Shown here piece after piece: positions 29,730-38,470 of a stretch of 64,000 bases of DNA. The position numbers and the translations under genes were made by a program. The stretch comes from Escherichia phage phAPEC8. The stretch's first letter is position 1. Each line of letters begins with the position of its first letter. The stretch lies in the sequence record NC_020079.1; one strand, written 5' to 3'. The notes under the pieces were generated by a model, which was not told where the DNA came from, made no database searches, and was given only the letters and a program-made list of their open reading frames with translations.

Positions 29730-30251
29730 TTAACTCCCCTTTGGTAGATAGAAACCATGCACTTTATCTCGATAAACAAGACGCATATCACGTTCCCAGT
29801 GTGTCCTTATATTCCGTTTCTTGAAGTATAGAGCACCTTTAGTAACATCTAAAACAGACCGCAATTCAGGAAAATGTTTCTCTAAATAAAGTAAACGCTC
29901 CGCTATTGCTTTTGCTTCCTGCCACTTATCTTTCTCTGTTACGTTAAAAGTTTTCGCATATGAGAATTGCCCTTTCTGGAACAAGACTCCTCTGACTGTG
30001 TTAGGGAAGTAGGTATCATTTCTTCTGTTGATTACCACATTCCCAACGGCATTCATTCCTTTTTTACCCAGACCGCGACCTTCTGCGTAAATTGCACAAG
30101 CTAATAGAATTTTATCATTATATTGCTTTGTACATTTGTGAACTACTTTAGCGGTTTTTACGTTTGCAGCTTCGGCTTTCGCCACAACAGGTGTAAATGT
30201 AAAAGCAGTTAAGGATAGTAACGCAACTGTTACAAAGTTTTTTATCAGCAA
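29730..30251 (-). CDS. SleB/CwlJ-like cell-wall hydrolase with signal peptide
   Basis: 173 aa; signal peptide LLSLTAFTFTPVVAKA; CAIYAEGRG motif; TTG start behind RBS AAGGAGG. Confidence 0.55.
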   Translation of the reverse strand: MLIKNFVTVALLSLTAFTFTPVVAKAEAANVKTAKVVHKCTKQYNDKILLACAIYAEGRGLGKKGMNAVGNVVINRRNDTYFPNTVRGVLFQKGQFSYAKTFNVTEKDKWQEAKAIAERLLYLEKHFPELRSVLDVTKGALYFKKRNIRTHWERDMRLVYRDKVHGFYLPKGS

Positions 30252-30283
30252 ATTTTGCCTCCTTTTTAAGTTAACGAACTTCT

Positions 30284-30332
30284 AGTATAACACGATAGAG
30301 GCTTTATTGCAAGAGGGGGATTTCTCCCCCTC
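30284..30332 (-). promoter_or_regulatory. Hairpin plus sigma70-like promoter (TTGCAA-N17-TATACT) upstream of the hydrolase gene
   Basis: GAGGGGGA-TTTC-TCCCCCTC perfect stem right after terD stop, followed by -35/-10 hexamers. Confidence 0.4.
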
Positions 30333-30350
30333 AAAATCATTTGTTAATTA

Positions 30351-30953
30351 TTATGGACATTCATACCATTCTTTTTTACCACCAAAGGCCATCACCACAT
30401 CGCAAATATCCAGACCAGCTTTACCTACACCATATGCTTTCAGCTTCCATTCCCCATCTTCACGAACCAGCGAAGCCACGTGGCAGATTGTGTTGCCAGC
30501 TACTTCAGGAGCCAGGAAGTCAAAATCCAGAATTTCCACATTGCGCTCGGAGTCGAAGATTTTAAGCATACCTTCAGAAGCATGACCAAAACGTTTCAGA
30601 CCTGTATCATCATCAATGGTCAGAACAAAGGCAATCTCTTGTGCATCAGGAGAGATTTTAGCCAGAGTAATATCAATCTGCTCCATGCTGCCAGTTCCAT
30701 CACGAACATCGTCACCAGCGAAGGTAGAACGTTCAGGATCAAACTTGTTAGCATAGCAAACCAGATGACGTGCAGACAGCATTTCAGGATTGCCAGCGGC
30801 ATTATGACGACAAACCAGTGCACTTACATCCAGATCCAGTTTAGAATCAGATTTCCAAGAGAATTCCAGGCGCAGTTCTTTCAGAGCCGGAGCAACTTTC
30901 TTCAGGGAAATTTTTTCGCTAGAACCTTTTTTCAGGGAAATTTTATCAGTCAT
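30351..30953 (-). CDS. terD: TerD-family stress protein
   Basis: 200 aa; block-wise match to E. coli TerD: ISLKKG..ISLKK, DLDVSALVC, GDDVRDGTGS, FVLTIDD, GEWKLKAYGVG. Confidence 0.8.
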   Translation of the reverse strand: MTDKISLKKGSSEKISLKKVAPALKELRLEFSWKSDSKLDLDVSALVCRHNAAGNPEMLSARHLVCYANKFDPERSTFAGDDVRDGTGSMEQIDITLAKISPDAQEIAFVLTIDDDTGLKRFGHASEGMLKIFDSERNVEILDFDFLAPEVAGNTICHVASLVREDGEWKLKAYGVGKAGLDICDVVMAFGGKKEWYECP

Positions 30954-30968
30954 CTTTTGTCTCCTCTA

Positions 30969-31238
30969 TTATTTAAGTGTAATACCAGTTACAGTCAATT
31001 CTACTTCCAAAAGCTTAGATGTGTTTTGGATTGATACTAATTGTGCATGATGGTTTAGTTCTACAGCAGAATAATCATTTTCCCCATCATCTACTTTTAA
31101 ATAAACAATGATTTCACTAAGGTCTAAACCATTTTCGTCAAATGCATTTTCATAGACGAAAGTATCTCCTACATCCAAATCTTTAATGGTAAGGCATCGT
31201 TTATTTACTTTTTGCTCATCAATTTCGAAGTTTAACAC
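30969..31238 (-). CDS. Small protein, paralog B of a duplicated pair
   Basis: 89 aa; shares DLDVG(D/A)TF(V/M)Y...Y(E/D)...GLD and C-terminal T(G/N)ITLK with ORF 32260-32604. Confidence 0.4.
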   Translation of the reverse strand: MLNFEIDEQKVNKRCLTIKDLDVGDTFVYENAFDENGLDLSEIIVYLKVDDGENDYSAVELNHHAQLVSIQNTSKLLEVELTVTGITLK

Positions 31239-31467
31239 TTCTTCCTCCTAATGTTATCTCCGGTTTGTATATACGAAGAATTATAGCATTTTCATTTTCT
31301 TTGTCAACCCATTCTTCATAATCGGGCCATACATGAATCTCTACTCTACTTACAATATCTTCCATCCGCACAATCCCAATGAAATACTCTTTGAGACTGC
31401 GCATAATGAAAGCTTCTCTCTCGCGCCAATAATTTTCTACGACTTGAGAGGCAAGCTCGTCGATCAT
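31219..31467 (-). CDS. Hypothetical protein
   Basis: 82 aa ORF, coupled. Confidence 0.3.
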   Translation of the reverse strand: MIDELASQVVENYWREREAFIMRSLKEYFIGIVRMEDIVSRVEIHVWPDYEEWVDKENENAIILRIYKPEITLGGRSVKLRN

Positions 31468-32258
31468 TTTTTAGCACCTACTTTAACAACCCACTCTCCG
31501 AACTCTTCAGATAAGAGTTTGTCATAAAGCTCTGAATCTGTCAAGTCTAAATCTTTAATGCCAATGAAACCAACATTATCATAAGCATTTGCCAGTTCTT
31601 TCAGGAAGCCAAACTTCTCATTACCAACGCCAACCATGAACCAATAAATAGGTTTATTCTTATTCTCTTCGATAAGACGACGAACAGCACTAGGATCACC
31701 ATTCTCACCATCCGTTTGGAAGAATACAACACCAGGGGTAACGTCAGCACCTGGTTCAGATACAGCTACAACCTTTTCACGCTCTACAGATACTGTTTCA
31801 GTTTTACCAAGCAGACGATTAAAGAAGCCTTTCTTTGGAGCCTCCTCTTGTACCACTTGTTTAGTGGTAATATATTTGGTAACAGTGCCAAAATACTCGT
31901 CGTAGATATCTGCCATTACAGGGGCGTAGTTTGTTCCACCTCCGATACGAACATTACGCATACATTTACCAACATAATCATCGTAAACGTCTGCTGTTGC
32001 TGGGGTAAGCTCTTGAGAACTCGTATTAAAGGCCCACATATCAATTTGTTCATTATCGTCGAACAGCATACCAAAAGGAAGCAGTTTACCTACAAAATCA
32101 CTCACTACCCCACTAGCATATAGACCATGCATACTACCAGAAATATCTAGAGCACATGCTACACGAAGAACAATCTTACCTTCATTCAGGTTCTTATTCT
32201 TTTTCAGAGAGAAAGCAAGGTTTTCTTGACGTTTTTTCAGGCTGATTTTCTCGGACAT
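31464..32258 (-). CDS. von Willebrand factor A domain protein (TerY-like)
   Basis: 264 aa; MIDAS elements DISGSM (DxSxS), GGGT, FFQTDGENGD; N-terminus MSEKISLKK..SLKK echoes the TerD N-terminus. Confidence 0.7.
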   Translation of the reverse strand: MSEKISLKKRQENLAFSLKKNKNLNEGKIVLRVACALDISGSMHGLYASGVVSDFVGKLLPFGMLFDDNEQIDMWAFNTSSQELTPATADVYDDYVGKCMRNVRIGGGTNYAPVMADIYDEYFGTVTKYITTKQVVQEEAPKKGFFNRLLGKTETVSVEREKVVAVSEPGADVTPGVVFFQTDGENGDPSAVRRLIEENKNKPIYWFMVGVGNEKFGFLKELANAYDNVGFIGIKDLDLTDSELYDKLLSEEFGEWVVKVGAKK

Positions 32259-32259
32259 A

Positions 32260-32604
32260 TTATTTCTCCTTCTTAAGTGTAATGTTGGTAACTTCTAAAT
32301 CTACTTCCACCATCTTTGTATCTGGTGGGATGCAATGAGTATAGCCTCGTTGTGCTAGTGATCCATTAATACAGATCGCACTGTTTGTGGAATTTTTAAT
32401 GAACACCAAGTTACGGTAGGTATCCAACCCTGCGTCTTCATAGGCATCATAATACATGAATGTGGCCCCTACGTCAAGATCTTCGAAAGCAATAGGTAAA
32501 TCCTGACTTTTTTCTTCTTGAATATTGAATCTAAACACGCATACCTCCTCTACCAATTTTGAAGCCCAAATCGTAAGCTTCCTTAGTGATCTTTTGTAAC
32601 TCAC
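32260..32604 (-). CDS. Small protein, paralog A of a duplicated pair (true start probably internal)
   Basis: 114 aa as tracked, overlapping the upstream gene by about 70 nt; paralogous core begins near FRFNIQEE. Confidence 0.4.
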   Translation of the reverse strand: MSYKRSLRKLTIWASKLVEEVCVFRFNIQEEKSQDLPIAFEDLDVGATFMYYDAYEDAGLDTYRNLVFIKNSTNSAICINGSLAQRGYTHCIPPDTKMVEVDLEVTNITLKKEK

Positions 32605-33094
32605 TTATAGGAAGTGTTACAAGAGGATCATCTTCTTCAATTTCCATCTTGTCATCTTCTGTTTCAATGAGAGTATTATGCACTTTGTGATAAGGGTTGT
32701 CAACACGTTTAAACTTATTCTTTTCTGTGCTGAAAAAACAATCTGGATCTTCTTCACCATCACCCCAACCTTGGTTAGGATCTCCGTCAGATTGTTCTGT
32801 AGGGATTTCACCTGTAAAGTACTCTTCCAGCACCATAGCGATACCGTCCCTTGGATTTGAGGAATGCATCAAATCACAAACCTTACTCCAATCCATAGCC
32901 CATTCAAATCGTTCACGAACACCATTTTCATCCTCCTTTCCAGAGAAAACACAACCATAACTATCATAGTTGCCATACATCTCTTCAATAACAACACCGT
33001 CCTTCAAAAGAAAGAGATAACAAGGTGATCCGTCGAAAGAAGTAGAAAGGGCAGCTTTGCCCGATTCTTTGCACAAAAAGCTAAAACAACCCAT
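32531..33094 (-). CDS. Hypothetical acidic protein
   Basis: 187 aa ORF. Confidence 0.35.
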   Translation of the reverse strand: MGCFSFLCKESGKAALSTSFDGSPCYLFLLKDGVVIEEMYGNYDSYGCVFSGKEDENGVRERFEWAMDWSKVCDLMHSSNPRDGIAMVLEEYFTGEIPTEQSDGDPNQGWGDGEEDPDCFFSTEKNKFKRVDNPYHKVHNTLIETEDDKMEIEEDDPLVTLPISELQKITKEAYDLGFKIGRGGMRV

Positions 33095-33492
33095 TACAAA
33101 CCCTCCTTCAGATTATCAAGAGCTACAGTGGTTTCACAAAATTCTCCATAAGCTTTATGATGTTCCAGAAAAGCTTCGGGTCCACCCCAGTCATTATCTT
33201 GTGTATTCCAGCCATCAATAAAAGCATCTTCAATGATTGTGATCAGTTCCTGTCGAGTCAACGTAATGGTATCAGGTTTCTGCGTAGTTTCCACACGGAA
33301 CCCTGGTTCTTCATAAAAACCTTTAGTTACAATGGATTCTAACTCTTCTGCATCACAGAGGAAGTAGCCACAAAGATAACACCCACCGTCATCATCTTTC
33401 ATTACTTCATAAACTTCACCACTTGCTAACTTGATGAAAAGAGTAGGGTCTGTTACTGTAAGTTTTAAAAGAATACCTGTTGGATTATACAT
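33094..33492 (-). CDS. Hypothetical protein
   Basis: 132 aa ORF; start-overlaps the upstream stop. Confidence 0.35.
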   Translation of the reverse strand: MYNPTGILLKLTVTDPTLFIKLASGEVYEVMKDDDGGCYLCGYFLCDAEELESIVTKGFYEEPGFRVETTQKPDTITLTRQELITIIEDAFIDGWNTQDNDWGGPEAFLEHHKAYGEFCETTVALDNLKEGL

Positions 33493-33658
33493 CTTCTTCC
33501 TCCTCTAAGATATGGAACCCGTAATTACAATAATCCTGAAAGGTTTCGTGTGCAAGATCTTCTATATCTTCTTGAGACATATCATCTTCAATTTCGATAT
33601 CTACAACCTCATTGCATCCACACCAAGCCGTTTCAATATTCACTCGTAATATTTTCAT
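33485..33658 (-). CDS. Small acidic protein (57 aa, not in ORF track)
   Basis: ATG overlaps upstream TAA (TAATG) and its stop overlaps the next ATG; MKILRVNIETAWCGCNEVVDIEIEDD... Confidence 0.3.
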   Translation of the reverse strand: MKILRVNIETAWCGCNEVVDIEIEDDMSQEDIEDLAHETFQDYCNYGFHILEEEEDV

Positions 33659-33858
33659 TACTCCTCCTCCTCCTCATTGAAGTCAATATCTGCAAGGAGT
33701 TCGAATTTACGGAAGTTACGACAACCTTCATAAATATAACAATCACGACAAACTGCTAGAACACTTGGGGGATATATGCCTCCCATCGGTGCGAATCGTT
33801 TTTCGTCATCATAACGGACACCAATGTCTTCATCAATTATATAGATACGGATTCTCAT
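33658..33858 (-). CDS. Small Cys-containing protein
   Basis: 66 aa; CRDCYIYEGC; acidic C-terminus; coupled to telA stop. Confidence 0.35.
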   Translation of the reverse strand: MRIRIYIIDEDIGVRYDDEKRFAPMGGIYPPSVLAVCRDCYIYEGCRNFRKFELLADIDFNEEEEE

Positions 33859-34967
33859 TTACCAAGCCCTCGTTTCACAGCAGCTACCATCCCGTCTTCC
33901 AGAGATTGAACTTCATTAATATAATCAACACGAGCAGCACGGGCTTCCGTATTGATGCGGTTAGTTTCTTCCAACATCTTAACCAAGTTTTCCTGATCGT
34001 GACGCAGAGTTTCAATATCCAACACTTGACGGTTAGCCAGTGCTGCTGCTTCGATCTGATTCTGTGTGGCAAGATCGCTACCCAGTTTAATTGCCAGGTT
34101 AAATTCATCAAGAACGTTATTCTGCGTCTCTGCTGCTTTCATTTGACGTAAGCTCTCGATATACATTGAGAAGTTAGCAGAGTAAGCAGGAATAACATTA
34201 TTTACTATGTTACGCGCAGATCGCATTAAGCTTGCAGAAACTTTTTGCATACCTTGTACACGCGGTCCCATTTGGACACACAGTAGGCGCAATGCTTTTA
34301 AATCTGCAATACGAATCTCCAGAAGATCCAAAGTATCTCGGATCACTTGTCGCTGTTCTACTGCATCTTCTGGAAGAGCAGCCAAAGCTTGTTCTTCTTT
34401 TTCATAGGTTGCTGTTAGAAGCTGCATATCTCGGTTCAAACTTGCAGCATATTGTCCAATAGCTTGATGTAGCTTTTCAAGATATACCAAGGAATCTTCT
34501 TCTTTGCGAATATCCATTTGAAGGTTCTTTACCAACTCTTCAATACGGTTATTAACATTATCAAACTCCCCAAACAGATCTTCTTTCATACCCATAACTT
34601 TTTTAATGAGTTTAGTAATACCCTTGCTTTGTTTAATAGAGTTTGGATCAAGTTGTTTTGCCTGTTTAATCAAAGCTGTGAGTCGTTCACTCATCTGATC
34701 GCCTTGATTACTACGTTGATGTTTTAATACCTCGGCATTCAAGGAACGCAAGGTTGTTCCTGCCTCTGCCCCAATCTCTTCAATCTCTTGTCGGGTCATA
34801 GAAGGCAAAACTGGAACTTCTTGCGGTGCCGCTGGTGCATAAACAGGACTGGCATCTAACACGCTTGGAGCGAATACAGATTTACTTGCATCGGTTGTTG
34901 CAGCAAATACGCTCATTTCAGGCTTCTTCTGACCACCAGTAGCTGCTTTTAAAAATGGACTTGTCAT
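33855..34967 (-). CDS. telA: TelA/KlaA-like toxic-anion-resistance family protein
   Basis: 370 aa, largely helical/coiled-coil, size and composition of the TelA family; sits in a Ter gene neighbourhood. Confidence 0.6.
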   Translation of the reverse strand: MTSPFLKAATGGQKKPEMSVFAATTDASKSVFAPSVLDASPVYAPAAPQEVPVLPSMTRQEIEEIGAEAGTTLRSLNAEVLKHQRSNQGDQMSERLTALIKQAKQLDPNSIKQSKGITKLIKKVMGMKEDLFGEFDNVNNRIEELVKNLQMDIRKEEDSLVYLEKLHQAIGQYAASLNRDMQLLTATYEKEEQALAALPEDAVEQRQVIRDTLDLLEIRIADLKALRLLCVQMGPRVQGMQKVSASLMRSARNIVNNVIPAYSANFSMYIESLRQMKAAETQNNVLDEFNLAIKLGSDLATQNQIEAAALANRQVLDIETLRHDQENLVKMLEETNRINTEARAARVDYINEVQSLEDGMVAAVKRGLGK

Positions 34968-35554
34968 TCTTCATTCTCCTCTTCTGCATCTCTTATATAT
35001 GGTGAAACACCGTACTCTTTAGCTACTTTAACCCAATCGTCCCATTTATACAACCATAATTTTCCTTCGGTCCCTTCTTTATCTGATTTCAACCACATAT
35101 TAGGTTGCTTACCTGGGTACATGCGATTAGGTTTACGATTATAACCTCTAACACATCTTGTCGCAAACCCATCTACCAGAACAAGAACATATTTATATTC
35201 GTGGTTCAACGGCTCTTTGGAAGTGGCTTTAGGATTAGCCCCTAATTCTGCTGCCAGTTTTTGCCAATGAGCACCGTGCCTACTAAACTTACCCATACAA
35301 CCATCAATAGCATGAGCAATTTCGTGCTTCATTGTGTCCACGATCATATCTCTTGTGGAGTTCTTATGCAAGTGCCAATTTACAACAACAATTTTATCTC
35401 GGTAGTTGCACCAACCGAAAGAGTTATTCACTTTGTTTCTAACACAAGCTTTATATCCTGCTTCACGTAACATGTTGTAGTAAACAGGAAAATCTTCTTT
35501 TATTTCCTGCATCACTTCCCACCACAAGAGTTGCAAGTCTCTCTCGGTATGCAT
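34964..35554 (-). CDS. SprT-like zinc metallopeptidase
   Basis: 196 aa; HEIAHAI (HExxH) followed by GKFSRHGAHW. Confidence 0.5.
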   Translation of the reverse strand: MHTERDLQLLWWEVMQEIKEDFPVYYNMLREAGYKACVRNKVNNSFGWCNYRDKIVVVNWHLHKNSTRDMIVDTMKHEIAHAIDGCMGKFSRHGAHWQKLAAELGANPKATSKEPLNHEYKYVLVLVDGFATRCVRGYNRKPNRMYPGKQPNMWLKSDKEGTEGKLWLYKWDDWVKVAKEYGVSPYIRDAEEENEE

Positions 35555-35557
35555 AAC

Positions 35558-36151
35558 TTACACCTTAAAAGCGAAATGCGTGGTCGTGGCTTCAAAATCA
35601 GGGCCAGATAAACTTGCACTGAAATCTGAAATATTTGTAATTAAAAAGCTTTTATGCATACCTAACACAGCCACGCTTTCAATATCTTCTACTAACATTT
35701 CAATCATGTTAGAAACATGGCTGAACGTATAGTTTTGTTTTTTGATGGTGTAGAAAGAAAGACTCCCACCTGCTGTATAAGATACCTCTTCAAAATCTTT
35801 AATCGTATATTGTGTACCATCAGTAAAGAAAATGGTAGCTTTATTAGTAGCACGTTTCTTGTTTTTTGGTCCTTTTTTACGTTTACTGCGAGTAGGCAAA
35901 CCGTTTGGGAACACCGTAGCTACAAATTCTTCAGGGGAAACCTCCTTACCGAAATCATAATCGTAAGAAACAGCGTCTATACACTCGTCGTCTTCATTTT
36001 TAAAATAATGAAAATAGGGCCAATTTGAGAGATTATCGAGCATCTTATGCGCATCCACAACAGAGAACGTATCCCTCAAAGCACGTGTGATTTGCAAAGC
36101 ATTAGGCAAACTTTTAACACCTGTAATGGAAGTACGAATAGAAATTGTCAT
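35558..36151 (-). CDS. Hypothetical protein
   Basis: 197 aa ORF. Confidence 0.35.
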   Translation of the reverse strand: MTISIRTSITGVKSLPNALQITRALRDTFSVVDAHKMLDNLSNWPYFHYFKNEDDECIDAVSYDYDFGKEVSPEEFVATVFPNGLPTRSKRKKGPKNKKRATNKATIFFTDGTQYTIKDFEEVSYTAGGSLSFYTIKKQNYTFSHVSNMIEMLVEDIESVAVLGMHKSFLITNISDFSASLSGPDFEATTTHFAFKV

Positions 36152-36165
36152 TGTTTTTCTCCTTA

Positions 36166-36603
36166 TTAACGTCGCTTGCTACGAGATGAACTCTTTTTAC
36201 TTAAAGGGCTATTGTAAGATTTACGAGTTGTATAGCTACTATTTGTTTTAAAAGTTTGTCTCGGCTTTTCATAAGTTTTTATCTCTTGTTTAGGCTTACC
36301 ATAAAAATTAGTTTTCGGTTTAGGTGTATTATAATGCTTATTAATAATCGTTCTGTTATCGTTATAATCCCCACTGCTACGATTACTACCACCACTCATC
36401 ATATGCCCTAACAACATACCTGTAGCAAACTCACCAACACCGCTACTACTAGAACCGCCACCATTGTTGATAATAGTTGTATCTCCGTCAGATCCTTGTT
36501 GAGCGTATTGTTGAGGAGGTTGTTGGTATTGTGCAGGATTTGTTTCATCCTCGCAAGCTGTTAAAAAGATACAACCAATTAAAATCAGGGCTAGTTTTTT
36601 CAT
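36166..36603 (-). CDS. Lipoprotein with Gly/Ser-rich region
   Basis: Start at ATG behind GAGGAAAG; signal MKKLALILIGCIFLTAC (lipobox LTAC); Q/G/S-rich linker. Confidence 0.5.
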   Translation of the reverse strand: MKKLALILIGCIFLTACEDETNPAQYQQPPQQYAQQGSDGDTTIINNGGGSSSSGVGEFATGMLLGHMMSGGSNRSSGDYNDNRTIINKHYNTPKPKTNFYGKPKQEIKTYEKPRQTFKTNSSYTTRKSYNSPLSKKSSSRSKRR

Positions 36604-36790
36604 ATTTGCTTTCCTCATTTTGACTATTAATACATCTGTGTTTGAAATCTCCAGAGAAGCAATAAAGTTGCTCTCCATCTCGGTATAAACTCACTTTACT
36701 GCCGTTGATTACGCTTGTCAATACAAAAATTACAACAAACAACCCTATTGCAAAACAAATATTTTCAAACACAACCAACAAGTATTTCAT
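36545..36790 (-). CDS. Small membrane protein
   Basis: 81 aa; hydrophobic N-terminus LLVVFENICFAIGLFVVIFVL. Confidence 0.3.
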   Translation of the reverse strand: MKYLLVVFENICFAIGLFVVIFVLTSVINGSKVSLYRDGEQLYCFSGDFKHRCINSQNEESKYEKTSPDFNWLYLFNSLRG

Positions 36791-37137
36791 TTTAAAAATA
36801 CCTCATCATCAGTCTCATTATCCCAGAAGAACAAATCCCAACCATTCGGATCATTCCATTTGGCTGCTGGAGAAGTCCATATTTGTTCGATATCAATATT
36901 CAAAACTTCACCGTTTCGTTTTGAAACAGCTTTAGTTAATTCCCAACGAGATACAGGCTCTACTTCCCCTGAACCACTCCCACAACAAGCTACCACGTTA
37001 GGAGGCAAATTAATTGGATCTTTGGTCACGATCATAACGCTTACCCCAGGGTAAACTTTTGAAAGATAATCTAAAACGTAATCCACATCACCAGATAAAT
37101 CCCAAACAAGTTCTTGAATTTCATCAAAATTATTCAT
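36787..37137 (-). CDS. Hypothetical protein
   Basis: 116 aa ORF. Confidence 0.35.
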   Translation of the reverse strand: MNNFDEIQELVWDLSGDVDYVLDYLSKVYPGVSVMIVTKDPINLPPNVVACCGSGSGEVEPVSRWELTKAVSKRNGEVLNIDIEQIWTSPAAKWNDPNGWDLFFWDNETDDEVFLK

Positions 37138-37179
37138 AAGTCTCTCCTATAAAATAGCCTCCCGAAGGAGGCTCATCTA

Positions 37180-38154
37180 TTAAACAGCAGCTTCTTCTTT
37201 TTCAGGGAAGATAAAGCTTGCAATAACACCAAGAGCTAATGTGCCTAGAACAATCATCAGACTTACGTTAGGGGAAATATCATGCGGGAGGAATGACCAC
37301 TTGGCATGAAGTGTTTCACCGAACGGGTGATACATAAGTTTAGCACCGACAAATACCAGAACCACAGCAACAGCTTTCTCTAAGTGAACCAGATATTTCA
37401 CAGCCACACTTAACACAAAGAAAAGTGCACGTAAACCAAGAACAGCCATCAGCATTGCAGAATAAACTAGCAGAGGTTCTTGTGTCACACCGATCACAGC
37501 CGGAACTGAATCAAAAGAGAAGACAATATCTGTAAGCTCAATAACAAACACACAAAGAAGAGCAGGAGTTGCATATTTAATACCATTCTTAATGGTGATG
37601 AACTTTTCACCATCTAGTGCATTGTGCACAGGCAGAACTTTACCTACTAAACGAACAGCCCAATGCTTAGAGTAATCAATATCCTCTTCTTCGTCACCAC
37701 CTTTGATGATAGCCACGGCAGACCAAGCTACAATCAAACCGAACAACACTTGGACCGACCAATGAAGGTTAAACAAAGCGGTCCCTGCTGCAACAAAAAT
37801 ACCTCGGAAGACAATGGCTCCTGCAATCCCCCAAAGTAAAATCTTATGTTGGAGATGTGTGCTCTTAATTCCAAAGCTTGCAAAAATTGCCATGAACACC
37901 ATCAAGTTATCTACAGAAAGACTCTTTTCCAACACATAGCCACTTAGGAAAAGCGCGGCAAACTCTTTACCATGTTCTACCCAAATGAATGCGTAATATC
38001 CTAAAGCTAAAGCAATCCAAAAAACAGACCAAAGCAAAGCAGATTTAATTCCAATTTCTTTATTCTCTTTATGACCAAAGAAATCGATACCAATAGACAA
38101 TGCTAAAATACCAACCAAAACAACTACATCAATAATGGGGAAACCAAGTTGCAT
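37180..38154 (-). CDS. terC: TerC-family integral membrane protein
   Basis: 324 aa; multiple TM helices; EKSLSVDN motif characteristic of TerC. Confidence 0.75.
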   Translation of the reverse strand: MQLGFPIIDVVVLVGILALSIGIDFFGHKENKEIGIKSALLWSVFWIALALGYYAFIWVEHGKEFAALFLSGYVLEKSLSVDNLMVFMAIFASFGIKSTHLQHKILLWGIAGAIVFRGIFVAAGTALFNLHWSVQVLFGLIVAWSAVAIIKGGDEEEDIDYSKHWAVRLVGKVLPVHNALDGEKFITIKNGIKYATPALLCVFVIELTDIVFSFDSVPAVIGVTQEPLLVYSAMLMAVLGLRALFFVLSVAVKYLVHLEKAVAVVLVFVGAKLMYHPFGETLHAKWSFLPHDISPNVSLMIVLGTLALGVIASFIFPEKEEAAV

Positions 38155-38173
38155 TATTTTCTCCTTTCTCTTT

Positions 38174-38232
38174 GCGGGGAACCACTCCCCGCCTCATGTG
38201 ATACATCTTACTCTATTCTAAAACTTTGTCAA
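38174..38232 (-). promoter_or_regulatory. Early-type promoter plus 5' hairpin cassette driving terC
   Basis: - strand reads TTGACA-N16-TAAGAT-gtatcacat-GGCGGGGA-gtggt-TCCCCGC-aaagagaaaGGAGaaaataATG; same architecture as the 60-64 kb cassettes. Confidence 0.55.
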
Positions 38233-38235
38233 CAC

Positions 38236-38457
38236 TTATTTTGAAGAACTTGAGGAAAAGATCCCACGTAGTACAGCCATGATAAATGCCACACACACCA
38301 CAGTCCAGAAGGTGACAGGAACAGTGATATCTGTGTGACCCATCATTTCAACAACGTAGTTATAAGCCAGCAGCAGAAGCCATGCTGGAATCATACTAAT
38401 CAGAAAAGCAATAACAAACACAATAATCACTGCAAGAATACCTGCTAAAACGCCCAT
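38236..38457 (-). CDS. Small two-helix membrane protein
   Basis: 73 aa, strongly hydrophobic. Confidence 0.4.
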   Translation of the reverse strand: MGVLAGILAVIIVFVIAFLISMIPAWLLLLAYNYVVEMMGHTDITVPVTFWTVVCVAFIMAVLRGIFSSSSSK

Positions 38458-38470
38458 AATATTTCTCCTC

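Noticed and set aside
30480-31034. 184 aa + strand ORF overlapping terD
   Set aside because: Antisense to terD, whose translation matches the TerD family block by block; the + frame has no recognisable features.
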